From Alphaproteobacteria bacterium (GTDB taxonomy: Bacteria; Pseudomonadota; Alphaproteobacteria; UBA6615): a stretch of DNA of 64,000 nt. Below are positions 30,483-39,439 of this stretch, one piece after another. The stretch is taken from positions 13 through 64,012 of the forward strand of contig JAKUPN010000006.1 of assembly GCA_022449545.1 (NCBI GenBank), written 5' to 3'. The first letter of the stretch is position 1. The number at the start of each line of letters is the position of its first letter. Below the pieces are notes generated by a model. The model was not told the DNA's origin. It worked only from the letters and a program-made list of their open reading frames with translations, and made no database searches. A program made the position numbers and the translations under genes.

Positions 30483-31208
30483 ATGATTCCTGCCTTAATA
30501 TTAATTTTAGCCTTAATAATAGGGATTTATTTTATTGCTAAATGGTGGGTTCAAGCTGATCCTAAACAACTTATTTTGGCTCTTAGATGGGCAGGTATAT
30601 TACTAGCTGCTATTTTAGCAATAGCAATATTTTTATCTGGAAGATGGCATTGGTTGCCTGGTTTGTTCTTTTTCCTTTTGCCCTGGTTCTTAAGAGCAAG
30701 AACTTTTCAGACAATGAGAAAAAATGCTCGAGGTCCTACTGCAGGACAATCAAGCCACATTTCTACTAAATACCTGAATATGACACTTGATCATGATAGT
30801 GGTGAGATGACTGGTCAAATAGTAAATGGAATGTTTTCTGGAAAGAACGTTAGCGACTTAGACTTACCAAAATTGATTGATTTTTGGAGAGAGTGTGCCG
30901 AAGATGATGAGCAATCTCGTGTCGTTTTGGAGAATTATTTAGATAGGGATTTTCCTAATTGGCGTGAATTAGCTGGAATTGGCCCTCGTCATGAACAGTC
31001 ATATACTAGTTCTGATAGCCCATGGGCAGGCGCGTCAATGAGTTTGTCTGAGGCAAGAGAGATTCTTAACATTAATGATAATGCGTCAGAATCTGACATT
31101 GAAAAAGCTTATAGGAAAGCTATGAAAAGAGCTCATCCTGATCAAGGGGGCTCGGATTGGATGGCCGCAAAAGTAAACCAGGCAAAAGATATTTTGCTTA
31201 GTAAATAG
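30483..31208 (+). CDS. Membrane-anchored protein with C-terminal J-domain
   Basis: N-terminal TM helices, LDHDSGEM..G, EAREIL..AYRKAMKRAHPDQGGS..KVNQAKD. Confidence 0.88.
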   Translation: MIPALILILALIIGIYFIAKWWVQADPKQLILALRWAGILLAAILAIAIFLSGRWHWLPGLFFFLLPWFLRARTFQTMRKNARGPTAGQSSHISTKYLNMTLDHDSGEMTGQIVNGMFSGKNVSDLDLPKLIDFWRECAEDDEQSRVVLENYLDRDFPNWRELAGIGPRHEQSYTSSDSPWAGASMSLSEAREILNINDNASESDIEKAYRKAMKRAHPDQGGSDWMAAKVNQAKDILLSK

Positions 31209-31321
31209 TAAAAATTCTATTTACTATTACTTGCGATTCCTCTTGCTGATATGGCAAAAGAAAAAGCTTATTTTAGTTTATATATAATTATCATTTGATT
31301 AACAGAAGTGGTGTTGTCTTT

Positions 31322-32191
31322 ATGACAGTAAAAGTTCGGAAAGCTATATTCCCTGTTGGGGGGTTGGGCACTCGCTTCCTTCCTGCAACTAAGGCGATGC
31401 CTAAAGAGATGCTACCAGTTGTTGATAAACCACTTATTGAATACGCGGTAGAGGAGGCACGTCAAGCAGGCATAGAGCAGTTTATATTTGTTACAGGAAG
31501 AGGTAAAGTTATCATAGAAGATCATTTCGATCATAGTTTTGAGCTGATTGAAGCTCTTAAAGGCAGGGATAAAAAAGTACAGCTAGATTCTCTTAGTTCG
31601 TCTAAGTTTGAACCAGGGCAAATTTCTTATGTTAGGCAACAGCAGCCTCTAGGATTGGGACACGCTGTATGGTGTGCCAGACATTTAATAAAAGATGAAC
31701 CTTTTGCTATTCTTTTAGCCGACGATTTAATTTTAAGTAAAGTGCCTTGTCTTAAACAACTAGTGCATGCATATGACGAAAATGGTGGTAACATTATTGC
31801 TGCTATGAACGTCCCTCCCGACCAAACATCAAGATATGGGATTATTGAAGCATCTAAATCAAAGGGGAACTTACACTACATAAAGAGTTTGGTTGAAAAG
31901 CCTGATCCTTCACATGCGCCTTCTAACTTAGCTGTCGTTGGAAGATATATTCTCAGTTCAGATATATTTAGTGAAATCAATAACGTAAAGCCTGGAATGG
32001 GAGGAGAGATACAACTTACAGATGCAATTTCACAGTTAATAGGTAGGCAAGATATATACGGGCTTACTTTCGAAGGAAAAAGGTTTGATTGTGGTGATAA
32101 ACTAGGGTTTTTAGAGGCTAATATTGCTTTTGCACTCGAACGAAGTGATCTAGGTGATTTTCGAACTGTACTTTCTAAATATGGAGGCTGA
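31322..32191 (+). CDS. galU: UTP--glucose-1-phosphate uridylyltransferase
   Basis: GLGTRFLPATKAMPKEMLP, LGLGHAV, VEKP, GEIQLTDA. Confidence 0.96.
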   Translation: MTVKVRKAIFPVGGLGTRFLPATKAMPKEMLPVVDKPLIEYAVEEARQAGIEQFIFVTGRGKVIIEDHFDHSFELIEALKGRDKKVQLDSLSSSKFEPGQISYVRQQQPLGLGHAVWCARHLIKDEPFAILLADDLILSKVPCLKQLVHAYDENGGNIIAAMNVPPDQTSRYGIIEASKSKGNLHYIKSLVEKPDPSHAPSNLAVVGRYILSSDIFSEINNVKPGMGGEIQLTDAISQLIGRQDIYGLTFEGKRFDCGDKLGFLEANIAFALERSDLGDFRTVLSKYGG

Positions 32192-32194
32192 ACT

Positions 32195-33520
32195 TTGCGG
32201 ATAGTAATGGTAGGCGCAGGTTACGTCGGCTTAGTTTCTGGCGCTTGTTTTTCTGAGTTTGGATGGGATGTTGTCTGTGTTGATAATGATTCAACAAAAA
32301 TTGAGGCTCTTGTTCAAGGAAAATTACCTATTTATGAGCCAGGTTTAGATGATTTAGTAAAGCGAAGCGTGACAGAAGGAAGACTTAGTTTTTCCACTGA
32401 TCTAGCCTCTTCATTGATTGATGCCCAAATTATATTTATTGCAGTGGGAACTCCATCTCGAAGAGGTGATGGGCATGCAGATCTGTCTTATGTTTTTGAT
32501 GCCGTAAGTAATATTTCTATGTATGCAGAACCTAATGCATTGGTTGTAACTAAATCTACGGTGCCTGTTGGTACTGGTAGAGACATTCAAGAGCTACTTA
32601 ATAAAAAAAATCCTAATTCTAAGCTTCTAGTTGCAGCTAATCCAGAGTTTTTAAGAGAGGGCTCTGCCATTGAAGATTTTATGAGGCCAGACAGAATTAT
32701 TATTGGTGCTGAATGTGAAAAGTCTAAGAACCTAATGAAAGAGGTCTACAGACCATTGTTTTTGAAAGCTACACCAATTGTTTTTACATCTCTAGAGACA
32801 GCTGAAATGATAAAGTATGCATCTAATTCATTCTTAGCCACTAAGATTACTTTGATGAATGAATTTGCTGATTTATGTGAAAAAGTTGGAGCTAATATAC
32901 AAGATGTGGCGCGAGGGATTGGCCTTGATGGACGAATTGGAGGAAAATTTCTCAATGCAGGACCTGGCTATGGAGGATCCTGTTTTCCAAAAGACACTGC
33001 GGCAGTAGTTAAGACTGGCCAAGATATAAACTCACCTTTATCAATTGTGGAACAGGTTATTAAGGTAAATGAAAATAGAAAATTTTCTATGGTTCAAAAA
33101 ATTATTGATTCATTTGGTGGGTCTGTTTCAGGTAAGACTGTTGGTATTCTTGGGCTAACATTTAAGCCTAATACGGACGATATGCGAGATTCTCCTAGTT
33201 TGGTCATTATTCCAGAGTTAATTCGGGCCGGGGCAAATATAAAAGTTTTCGATCCGGAAGGTATGGAATCAGCCCACAATTATTTTACCAATTTAATTTG
33301 GTGTAACGACGCCTATGAAACAATGAAGGATTCTGATGCGCTAGTTATATTGACGGAGTGGAATCAGTTTCGTGCACTTGATTTGGAACGTATGAGATCA
33401 CTTTTAAGGACTCCGTTAGTCATAGATATGAGAAATATCTATAATCCTGAAGACATGAAAAGTGCTTTATTTGATTATATATCCATAGGACGCGAACCTG
33501 TTTATGGGTCTAAAGAGTAA
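32195..33520 (+). CDS. ugd: UDP-glucose 6-dehydrogenase
   Basis: GAGYVG, KSTVPVGT, NPEFLREG, GYGGSCFPKD, FKPNTDDMRDSP. Confidence 0.95.
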   Translation: MRIVMVGAGYVGLVSGACFSEFGWDVVCVDNDSTKIEALVQGKLPIYEPGLDDLVKRSVTEGRLSFSTDLASSLIDAQIIFIAVGTPSRRGDGHADLSYVFDAVSNISMYAEPNALVVTKSTVPVGTGRDIQELLNKKNPNSKLLVAANPEFLREGSAIEDFMRPDRIIIGAECEKSKNLMKEVYRPLFLKATPIVFTSLETAEMIKYASNSFLATKITLMNEFADLCEKVGANIQDVARGIGLDGRIGGKFLNAGPGYGGSCFPKDTAAVVKTGQDINSPLSIVEQVIKVNENRKFSMVQKIIDSFGGSVSGKTVGILGLTFKPNTDDMRDSPSLVIIPELIRAGANIKVFDPEGMESAHNYFTNLIWCNDAYETMKDSDALVILTEWNQFRALDLERMRSLLRTPLVIDMRNIYNPEDMKSALFDYISIGREPVYGSKE

Positions 33521-33530
33521 GTGGTTGGCT

Positions 33531-34919
33531 ATGTCATTTCATTCCTTTAACCCCTCTATATTAAGAGAGTATGATATTAGGGGAATTGTTGGAGAAACAC
33601 TGTTTGATGATGATGCCCATATGTTGGGAATTACATTTGGGAGTTGTCTAATAAAAGCTGGAGGGAACAGTGTAAGTGTTGGATATGATGGAAGGTTAAC
33701 TAGCCCCAAACTCACTGAAGCCTTAATTGATGGTTTAATTTCATGTGGCCTTAAAGTATTCAATATCGGTCTGGGTCCCACACCTATGTTATCATTCTCT
33801 ACTCATCATCTTTCTTCAGATGCTGGCATAATGGTTACTGGGAGCCATAATCCAAAAACTTATAATGGTTTTAAACTTTCTTTGAAAGGCAAGCCTTTCT
33901 ATGGTTCTGATATCCTGTCTCTAGCTGCACTAGCCGAGTCTGGACATTTTATTTCTGGGAAAGGGGTGTTGGAAGAGGTAGACCTACAAGAAGACTATTT
34001 AAATCGATTAACAAGGGATTTTTCTAATCTTAGTTCTAGAGCTATAGCATGGGATCCAGGCAATGGTGCTACAGCTATTATTCTTAATAGGTTGTGTGAA
34101 ATTATTCCAGGTCATCACCATATTATTAATGGCTGCATCGATGGTAATTTTCCTAATCATCATCCAGATCCAACTATTCCAGAAAACTTAAACCAGCTGA
34201 TTGGATCTGTTCAAGATAACTCATGTGAACTAGGTTTTGGATTTGATGGTGATGGAGACAGAATAGGGGTGGTCGATTCCAAAGGAAGAATTATTTACGC
34301 GGATCAATTAATGATGTTTTTTGCTAGAGAAGTTCTAAATAGTCATCCTGGAGGTGCTATAATCGCTGATGTTAAGTCAAGCCAAGCTTTGTTTGATGAA
34401 ATAGAACGTTTAAATGGAACTCCAATTATGTGTGGCACAGGTCATTCCCGAATAAAGTCCAAAATGATTGAGATGTCATCGCCATTAGCAGGAGAAATGA
34501 GCGGCCATATATTTTTTAATGATAGATATTATGGTTTTGATGACGCTTTGTATGCTTCACTTCGTCTTCTCGCGTTTATGGACGTGACTGATACACCTCT
34601 TGACCAACTTTACGATGGATTACCTGTTTTGTTTAATACCCCTGAAATACGATTTCCTTGTCCCGAAGAAATAAAATTCAATGTGGTCGAACAATTGTCC
34701 AAAAACTTGGATGCAGCCACCATGGAGATATCTAGAATTGACGGTATAAGAGTAAAAACTAATGATGGCTGGTGGCTTTTAAGAGCATCAAATACACAAG
34801 ACGCTTTAGTTGCTAGATGCGAGAGTGATAACGAAATCGGACTTAAAAGGCTCAAAGAGGAATTAGTTATGAATCTTTCAGCTTTTGGCTTGTCGTTACC
34901 TAATAATATTACTGATTAG
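33531..34919 (+). CDS. Phosphomannomutase/phosphoglucomutase
   Basis: REYDIRG, TGSHNP, FDGDGDR, GEMSGH, RASNTQ; start 33531 or 33504. Confidence 0.94.
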   Translation: MSFHSFNPSILREYDIRGIVGETLFDDDAHMLGITFGSCLIKAGGNSVSVGYDGRLTSPKLTEALIDGLISCGLKVFNIGLGPTPMLSFSTHHLSSDAGIMVTGSHNPKTYNGFKLSLKGKPFYGSDILSLAALAESGHFISGKGVLEEVDLQEDYLNRLTRDFSNLSSRAIAWDPGNGATAIILNRLCEIIPGHHHIINGCIDGNFPNHHPDPTIPENLNQLIGSVQDNSCELGFGFDGDGDRIGVVDSKGRIIYADQLMMFFAREVLNSHPGGAIIADVKSSQALFDEIERLNGTPIMCGTGHSRIKSKMIEMSSPLAGEMSGHIFFNDRYYGFDDALYASLRLLAFMDVTDTPLDQLYDGLPVLFNTPEIRFPCPEEIKFNVVEQLSKNLDAATMEISRIDGIRVKTNDGWWLLRASNTQDALVARCESDNEIGLKRLKEELVMNLSAFGLSLPNNITD

Positions 34920-34992
34920 TAATTTTTATCGTATAATGAGTACTTTCCGACTCTATCCTGCTAAGGTATAGCTCTAATTATCTATTAACAAC

Positions 34993-35008
34993 AGAAAGGA
35001 GGTGATCC
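34993..35008 (+). promoter_or_regulatory. Extended (16-nt) Shine-Dalgarno-like element, perfect complement of the 16S rRNA 3' end
   Basis: AGAAAGGAGGTGATCC is the reverse complement of GGATCACCTCCTTTCT; followed by G-ATG. Confidence 0.85.
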
Positions 35009-35009
35009 G

Positions 35010-35096
35010 ATGTCTAACGGATTGGTGATGGCAAAAGCTAAATTACGAGGCACTGGTGATCCTCAACCGTTAGGTGGATATTTTTTAGACGCCTAG
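35010..35096 (+). CDS. Putative 28-aa small protein MSNGLVMAKAKLRGTGDPQPLGGYFLDA (translation unproven)
   Basis: ATG directly after the 16-nt SD, TAG at 35094-96; below ORF-track size cut-off. Confidence 0.5.
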   Translation: MSNGLVMAKAKLRGTGDPQPLGGYFLDA

Positions 35097-35229
35097 GTGT
35101 ATGAGGTTTACTGTAAAGGTGTATCGCATATTGGCACTGTGCACGAATAATTTCCAATTCATGCACTTGAAAGCCGTGGAAACTTTTTTTATATCAAAAA
35201 ATAATTCCTGATGATCACCTAACGTTTTC

Positions 35230-35266
35230 AAGTGTCGCCCTTACTTAATAGGGGCGGCACTTTTTT
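35230..35266 (+). terminator. Intrinsic terminator, plus strand
   Basis: AAGTGTCGCCCT...GGGGCGGCACTT stem (G-U pairs valid on +) followed by TTTTTT. Confidence 0.85.
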
Positions 35267-35280
35267 ATTATTGGAGTTAT

Positions 35281-35724
35281 TCATTTTCTTTTAACGAATA
35301 CAGAAGACTGGAGAGAAAATACGATCTCCTGATGCTGATTGGTTAAGTTTCCTGATGTAGTTACTATTCCTAGTTTTGGTCTACTATTAGAAGTTCTTTT
35401 ATTCACAATTACTAAACTCGCTCTTAGCGTGTCCCCTGATCTCACTGGATGGAGCCATTTTAGATGCTCAACACCAGGTGAACCCATGCTTTGTAAATCC
35501 AACAGAAGGCCATCACAAGCCAAACGCATCCAAATACTTGCTGTATACCAGCCACTAGCAATTATACCTTTGTATATTGAGTTTTTAGCGTGTATTTCAT
35601 CAATATGGATTGGCTGAGGGTCAAATCTCTCAGCGTAATTAATCATGGATTTATGATTTAAGGTATGGCTTCCTAAATCATATGTCTTTCCTATAATTAA
35701 ATCTTCATAAACTATAATTGACAT
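35281..35724 (-). CDS. MaoC family dehydratase
   Basis: FDPQPIHID, GIIASGWYT, WLHPVRSGD. Confidence 0.9.
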   Translation of the reverse strand: MSIIVYEDLIIGKTYDLGSHTLNHKSMINYAERFDPQPIHIDEIHAKNSIYKGIIASGWYTASIWMRLACDGLLLDLQSMGSPGVEHLKWLHPVRSGDTLRASLVIVNKRTSNSRPKLGIVTTSGNLTNQHQEIVFSLQSSVFVKRK

Positions 35725-35785
35725 ACTCGTTATTTATACAAATTTAATAGTTAAATAAACTGGCCGAAAGAACTATTTTATTTGG

Positions 35786-36958
35786 CTATTCTGGAGTCAG
35801 TACAAAACACTTGCTTCCTTTAAAAAGAAGTTGTTTGCAAAGTGATCGTGCCGAACTCCCATCTAGGCCCATGAAGCGAACGCGAAATAGAGTCATTGAT
35901 TTATGGTTTTTAGGCTGAATTTTTAAAAAAGCATTCTCCGGAAGTCCCAAAAGTCGTTGAGCTGTATTACTGGCCGCAACATAGGCGTTATCGTATTTTT
36001 TAAAGGTGCCAATTTGTATGCCCCAATTCTTTTCATAATTATTACGATCAGTAATTTCTGTTTTTGATAACTTTATCGAATTGTTGAGTTTAGGTTTGCT
36101 TGATATCCATGGTTTAGGTATCGGATGAGCTGCCAGAGTGCTGAGGGCCTTTGCTTTATTCCAATTCCGATTAAAAAGCTTTCTCATGTGTCGATCTCGT
36201 CTGATAGAACTCTTCCCGCCAAAAACAACACCAATTAACCGAACTTTTCCTCTTATTGTAGAGGCAACCAAGTTAAAACCAGACGCACGGATGTATCCCG
36301 TTTTAATTCCATCAGTTCCCTTATAAGTTTTTAAAAGAGAGTTATGATTATGATACTTTTTACCCTTATAAACGAAAGATGGAGTAGAGAATAATTTATA
36401 ATATCGATCGTGTTTTGTTATTAAGGCTGTAGCTAGAATAGACATATCTTTTGCGGTAGTTTTTTGTCTTTTGTTATACAGTCCAGACGCATTTCTGAAT
36501 TCAGTTTTTTTCATACCTAATGAACGAGCTTTTTTCGTCATTTGTTTTGCAAAACGGATCTCGGTGCCACTTATCGATTCGGCGACAACAGTGGCTACGT
36601 CATTAGCAGATTTTATGGCTAGCGCATTTATAGCGTTTTTTACAGTGATGTATTCACCTGGTTTCAGTCCCAGTTTAGAAGCAGGTTGTCCTGCAGCTCT
36701 CTTTGAGACCCTTAATTGTTCATTTAACTTTAAGGAATTTTCCTCTAACGCATCAAAAACCATAAATAAAGTCATCATCTTAGTTAATGACGCGGGGTGC
36801 TTTAACTTATTAGCATTCCTAGAAAAAAGTGTTTTTCCACTATTAGCATCAACTATAATTGATGCGTACTTTGCAGAAGCAAGCGTTGGTATTGGGGCAG
36901 TAAGAACTACCGAAAGAAAAAATAATTTAAGATACGTTTTTATCTTTAAGTTATGAAT
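35786..36958 (-). CDS. D-alanyl-D-alanine carboxypeptidase (S11) with C-terminal SPOR-like domain; start probably non-canonical
   Basis: Frame stays open upstream of track start 36778: signal peptide, YASIIVDA..HPASLTK (SxxK), then SAN (SxN) and KTG; C-terminal WGIQIGTF. Confidence 0.85.
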   Translation of the reverse strand: MHNLKIKTYLKLFFLSVVLTAPIPTLASAKYASIIVDANSGKTLFSRNANKLKHPASLTKMMTLFMVFDALEENSLKLNEQLRVSKRAAGQPASKLGLKPGEYITVKNAINALAIKSANDVATVVAESISGTEIRFAKQMTKKARSLGMKKTEFRNASGLYNKRQKTTAKDMSILATALITKHDRYYKLFSTPSFVYKGKKYHNHNSLLKTYKGTDGIKTGYIRASGFNLVASTIRGKVRLIGVVFGGKSSIRRDRHMRKLFNRNWNKAKALSTLAAHPIPKPWISSKPKLNNSIKLSKTEITDRNNYEKNWGIQIGTFKKYDNAYVAASNTAQRLLGLPENAFLKIQPKNHKSMTLFRVRFMGLDGSSARSLCKQLLFKGSKCFVLTPE

Positions 36959-37080
36959 TTTGAACTACCCCAATGAAAAAAATTTCAAAATCAATTACAT
37001 AAAGAGAATATTTACTACCGAATCAGATGGTGTCCACTTTTTGTATTAAAGACACTTAATTTTTTTCTTATTTAATTGAA

Positions 37081-38667
37081 TTAGTTGAATGTAGGAAATG
37101 TAAGAGAATTATTAATATTAATTTGATCCAATAAGTTAATTTCCCATTCAAGGTACTCAATCATGAATTTTTCTGCTTCTTCGGAATGATCATAGGGTTT
37201 GTACTGAACGTCTTTGGTGTCACATAAAAAGTTTGAATTTTTTGTTTCAGTTAAATATTTATTTTGTTCCCAGTGTTTAGTCCCTCCCTTCAAGAAAAAG
37301 ATATCTTTTTCTGTGAAATAATTCTCAAGATCTTTTACAGCTAAAGAAGCCAAAGTTCCATCATCCGATGTGATAACTACTTTATTATATTTGTTTATTT
37401 TACTAATTTCTTTCTTTAATGCAGAGCGTAATGACCAACAGGAACCTGGTATATGTCCCTCTCGATACTTAAGGCTTGTGCTTATATCAATAAGGAAGCA
37501 TTGATCTCTTTCAAGCAACGATTTTAATTGTCTAGGAGGTATAGAATTTGATGAAGGGTCGCCATAGATTTTTGGCTTAAAAGAAGATGAAGTTAAATCA
37601 GGGTTTCCTATCATTCCGTTTTTTAGGACATAAACATCAGTCCACCCCATTTGTATTAACCAAGACGCTGTCATGATAGAACGGGTTTCTGTATCATCAA
37701 CTAAAATAATCTTTGAATTTCGTACTCCAATATATTTATCAGTGGCTTGCACTAGTTGCCCGCCCGGCGCGTTACGTGACCCTCTTATATGAGTTTGAGA
37801 ATACTCTTTTGGGCTTCGTACATCTAAAAAATATAAATTCGATTTTTTATTAGTCTTCTTCATTTCTAAAAAAACATCATAATCTAAAAATTTGACATTA
37901 TACTTTTTAACTACTTTCTCGACTAAACGTCTTAGTCCTTTCTTTTCATTTATTGAGGGGCATCTAGCGTACTTGGCAGCCCCTCGTTCTAGTTGATATC
38001 CGGAAAGATGCCAGCCCATAGTACCATTTTCTAGTGCATATATTGGATTTGGTAATCCTATATTAATTAACGATTGCGCCCCTATTATGCTTCTAGTTCT
38101 TCCTGCACAATTAACAATAATCTGTGTGTCTGGATTTGTAATTAAATTACAGGCCCTGTTTACAATTTCTACACCTGGAGCATCAATCGCACCAGGTATT
38201 GACATTCTTTGATACTCATCATTAGGGCGTGCGTCAAAGATTAGAATGTCTTGTTTATCCTCTATAAGTTTTTTTAATTCTTCGGGCTTTAATGAGGGAG
38301 TTTTATATGTGTTTTCAACATATTCTCCAAAAGCCTTTGATGGAACGTTTACTCCGCTATATATTTCATGCCCAGTTTTTTTCCAATTTTCTAATCCACC
38401 TTTTAATATATCTATATTGTTGTAGTTCCATTTATTCAGTGATTTTTTCGCCAATTGAGGAATTATCTCATTACATGTATCCATCAATATTATTTTTGTT
38501 TGTTTATTAGGAACTAAACTATCAATTCGTAGTTCTAGTTGTGATATAGGCAAGGAGGTGGCCAGTAATATGTGTTCTTTTCCGAAGTCACCTTCTTCCC
38601 TTAGATCAATTAGAGCTATTTCCTGCGAACTATTTAAGAGTTTTTTTAATTTTAGCGGTGTAATCAT
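37081..38667 (-). CDS. Four-domain rhodanese-like sulfurtransferase
   Basis: Repeated D-x-R/H-I-x-G units, NVPSKAFGE, NCAGRTRS, GGQLVQATD, YLEWE. Confidence 0.88.
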   Translation of the reverse strand: MITPLKLKKLLNSSQEIALIDLREEGDFGKEHILLATSLPISQLELRIDSLVPNKQTKIILMDTCNEIIPQLAKKSLNKWNYNNIDILKGGLENWKKTGHEIYSGVNVPSKAFGEYVENTYKTPSLKPEELKKLIEDKQDILIFDARPNDEYQRMSIPGAIDAPGVEIVNRACNLITNPDTQIIVNCAGRTRSIIGAQSLINIGLPNPIYALENGTMGWHLSGYQLERGAAKYARCPSINEKKGLRRLVEKVVKKYNVKFLDYDVFLEMKKTNKKSNLYFLDVRSPKEYSQTHIRGSRNAPGGQLVQATDKYIGVRNSKIILVDDTETRSIMTASWLIQMGWTDVYVLKNGMIGNPDLTSSSFKPKIYGDPSSNSIPPRQLKSLLERDQCFLIDISTSLKYREGHIPGSCWSLRSALKKEISKINKYNKVVITSDDGTLASLAVKDLENYFTEKDIFFLKGGTKHWEQNKYLTETKNSNFLCDTKDVQYKPYDHSEEAEKFMIEYLEWEINLLDQININNSLTFPTFN

Positions 38668-39032
38668 AATTTTGTATAAATAGTTTAAGAAAATTAGAAT
38701 CCAAGTTACTACCTTTGTCTTTATAGGAACAGATTCAAAACATTCATTTTGGCCATGTTACCAATAAAGATAATAAGTTATATATATAACAATACTCTAT
38801 ACCGCTAATTTAATATATTACATTATTAATTAACTTTAACATTTTTTACTATATGTTTTTAAAAATTTAAAGTAGACGTTTTTTGATATCTAACAAATGA
38901 GTTTTTTTTAGTTATTAATAAAAGTGAGATTAATATAATTAAAAAATTTGTTTTTCAATATTTAGACATTGCTAGTGAGTATGGTGTTACCATAGATGAT
39001 GTAGACAATTTCTTATTTTATAGAGTACAAAA

Positions 39033-39386
39033 ATGCTAACCAGAATATATCTACCTAGAAATCAAAAAGATGACGGCTCGCCTGATGATAAGGTGCAGAC
39101 TGGAGTTGCAACAAAAACTCGCTCTAAAACTAAAAAGCCCGCAATGTATAAAGTGTTATTATTAAACGATGATTATACTCCAATGGAGTTTGTCGTTGAT
39201 ATACTCGAGAGGTTTTTTCGTAAGAGTGGAGAAGAAGCGGTTAAAATTATGCTCCACGTACATCAGAAGGGTGTAGGAGTTTGTGGTGTCTATACCTATG
39301 AAGTTGCTGAAACTAAAGTGACGCAGGTCGTTGACTATGCGAGAAAGAATCAGCACCCTTTGCAATGCACATTGGAAAAAGATTAA
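39033..39386 (+). CDS. clpS: ATP-dependent Clp protease adaptor
   Basis: [33 protein letters not shown]. Confidence 0.97.
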   Translation: MLTRIYLPRNQKDDGSPDDKVQTGVATKTRSKTKKPAMYKVLLLNDDYTPMEFVVDILERFFRKSGEEAVKIMLHVHQKGVGVCGVYTYEVAETKVTQVVDYARKNQHPLQCTLEKD

Positions 39387-39439
39387 TTTATCTATCTATT
39401 TGAAATTTTTTATCTAGCTTTTAAAGGTTTAATTATAAA

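Larger units (their letters stand above)
34980..35266 (+). ncRNA. Candidate structured sRNA / small mRNA ending at the terminator (5' end approximate)
   Basis: Promoter-like TATAAT (34932) and TTCCGA-N16-TATAGC (34945-34972) upstream, super-SD, repeated GGTG(N)AT, long-range pairings, terminator with U-tract. Confidence 0.55.

Noticed and set aside
34993..35008. 16S rRNA gene or remnant on the minus strand
   Set aside because: The match stops after 16 nt; a real 16S end would continue ...GATCCAGCC, but here it is GATCCGATG, and no other rRNA sequence flanks it
35001..35124. CRISPR array from the spaced GGTG motifs
   Set aside because: Motifs are only 6-7 nt with irregular spacing, and there are no cas genes
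35101..35211. Second small ORF (MRFTVKVYRILALC..., 36 aa)
   Set aside because: No properly spaced RBS and no recognisable motif; it overlaps predicted RNA helices, so I cannot support it
38668..39032. Replication origin or hidden gene in the long AT-rich gap
   Set aside because: No DnaA-box cluster or credible ORF seen; consistent with divergent promoters for the rhodanese gene and clpS
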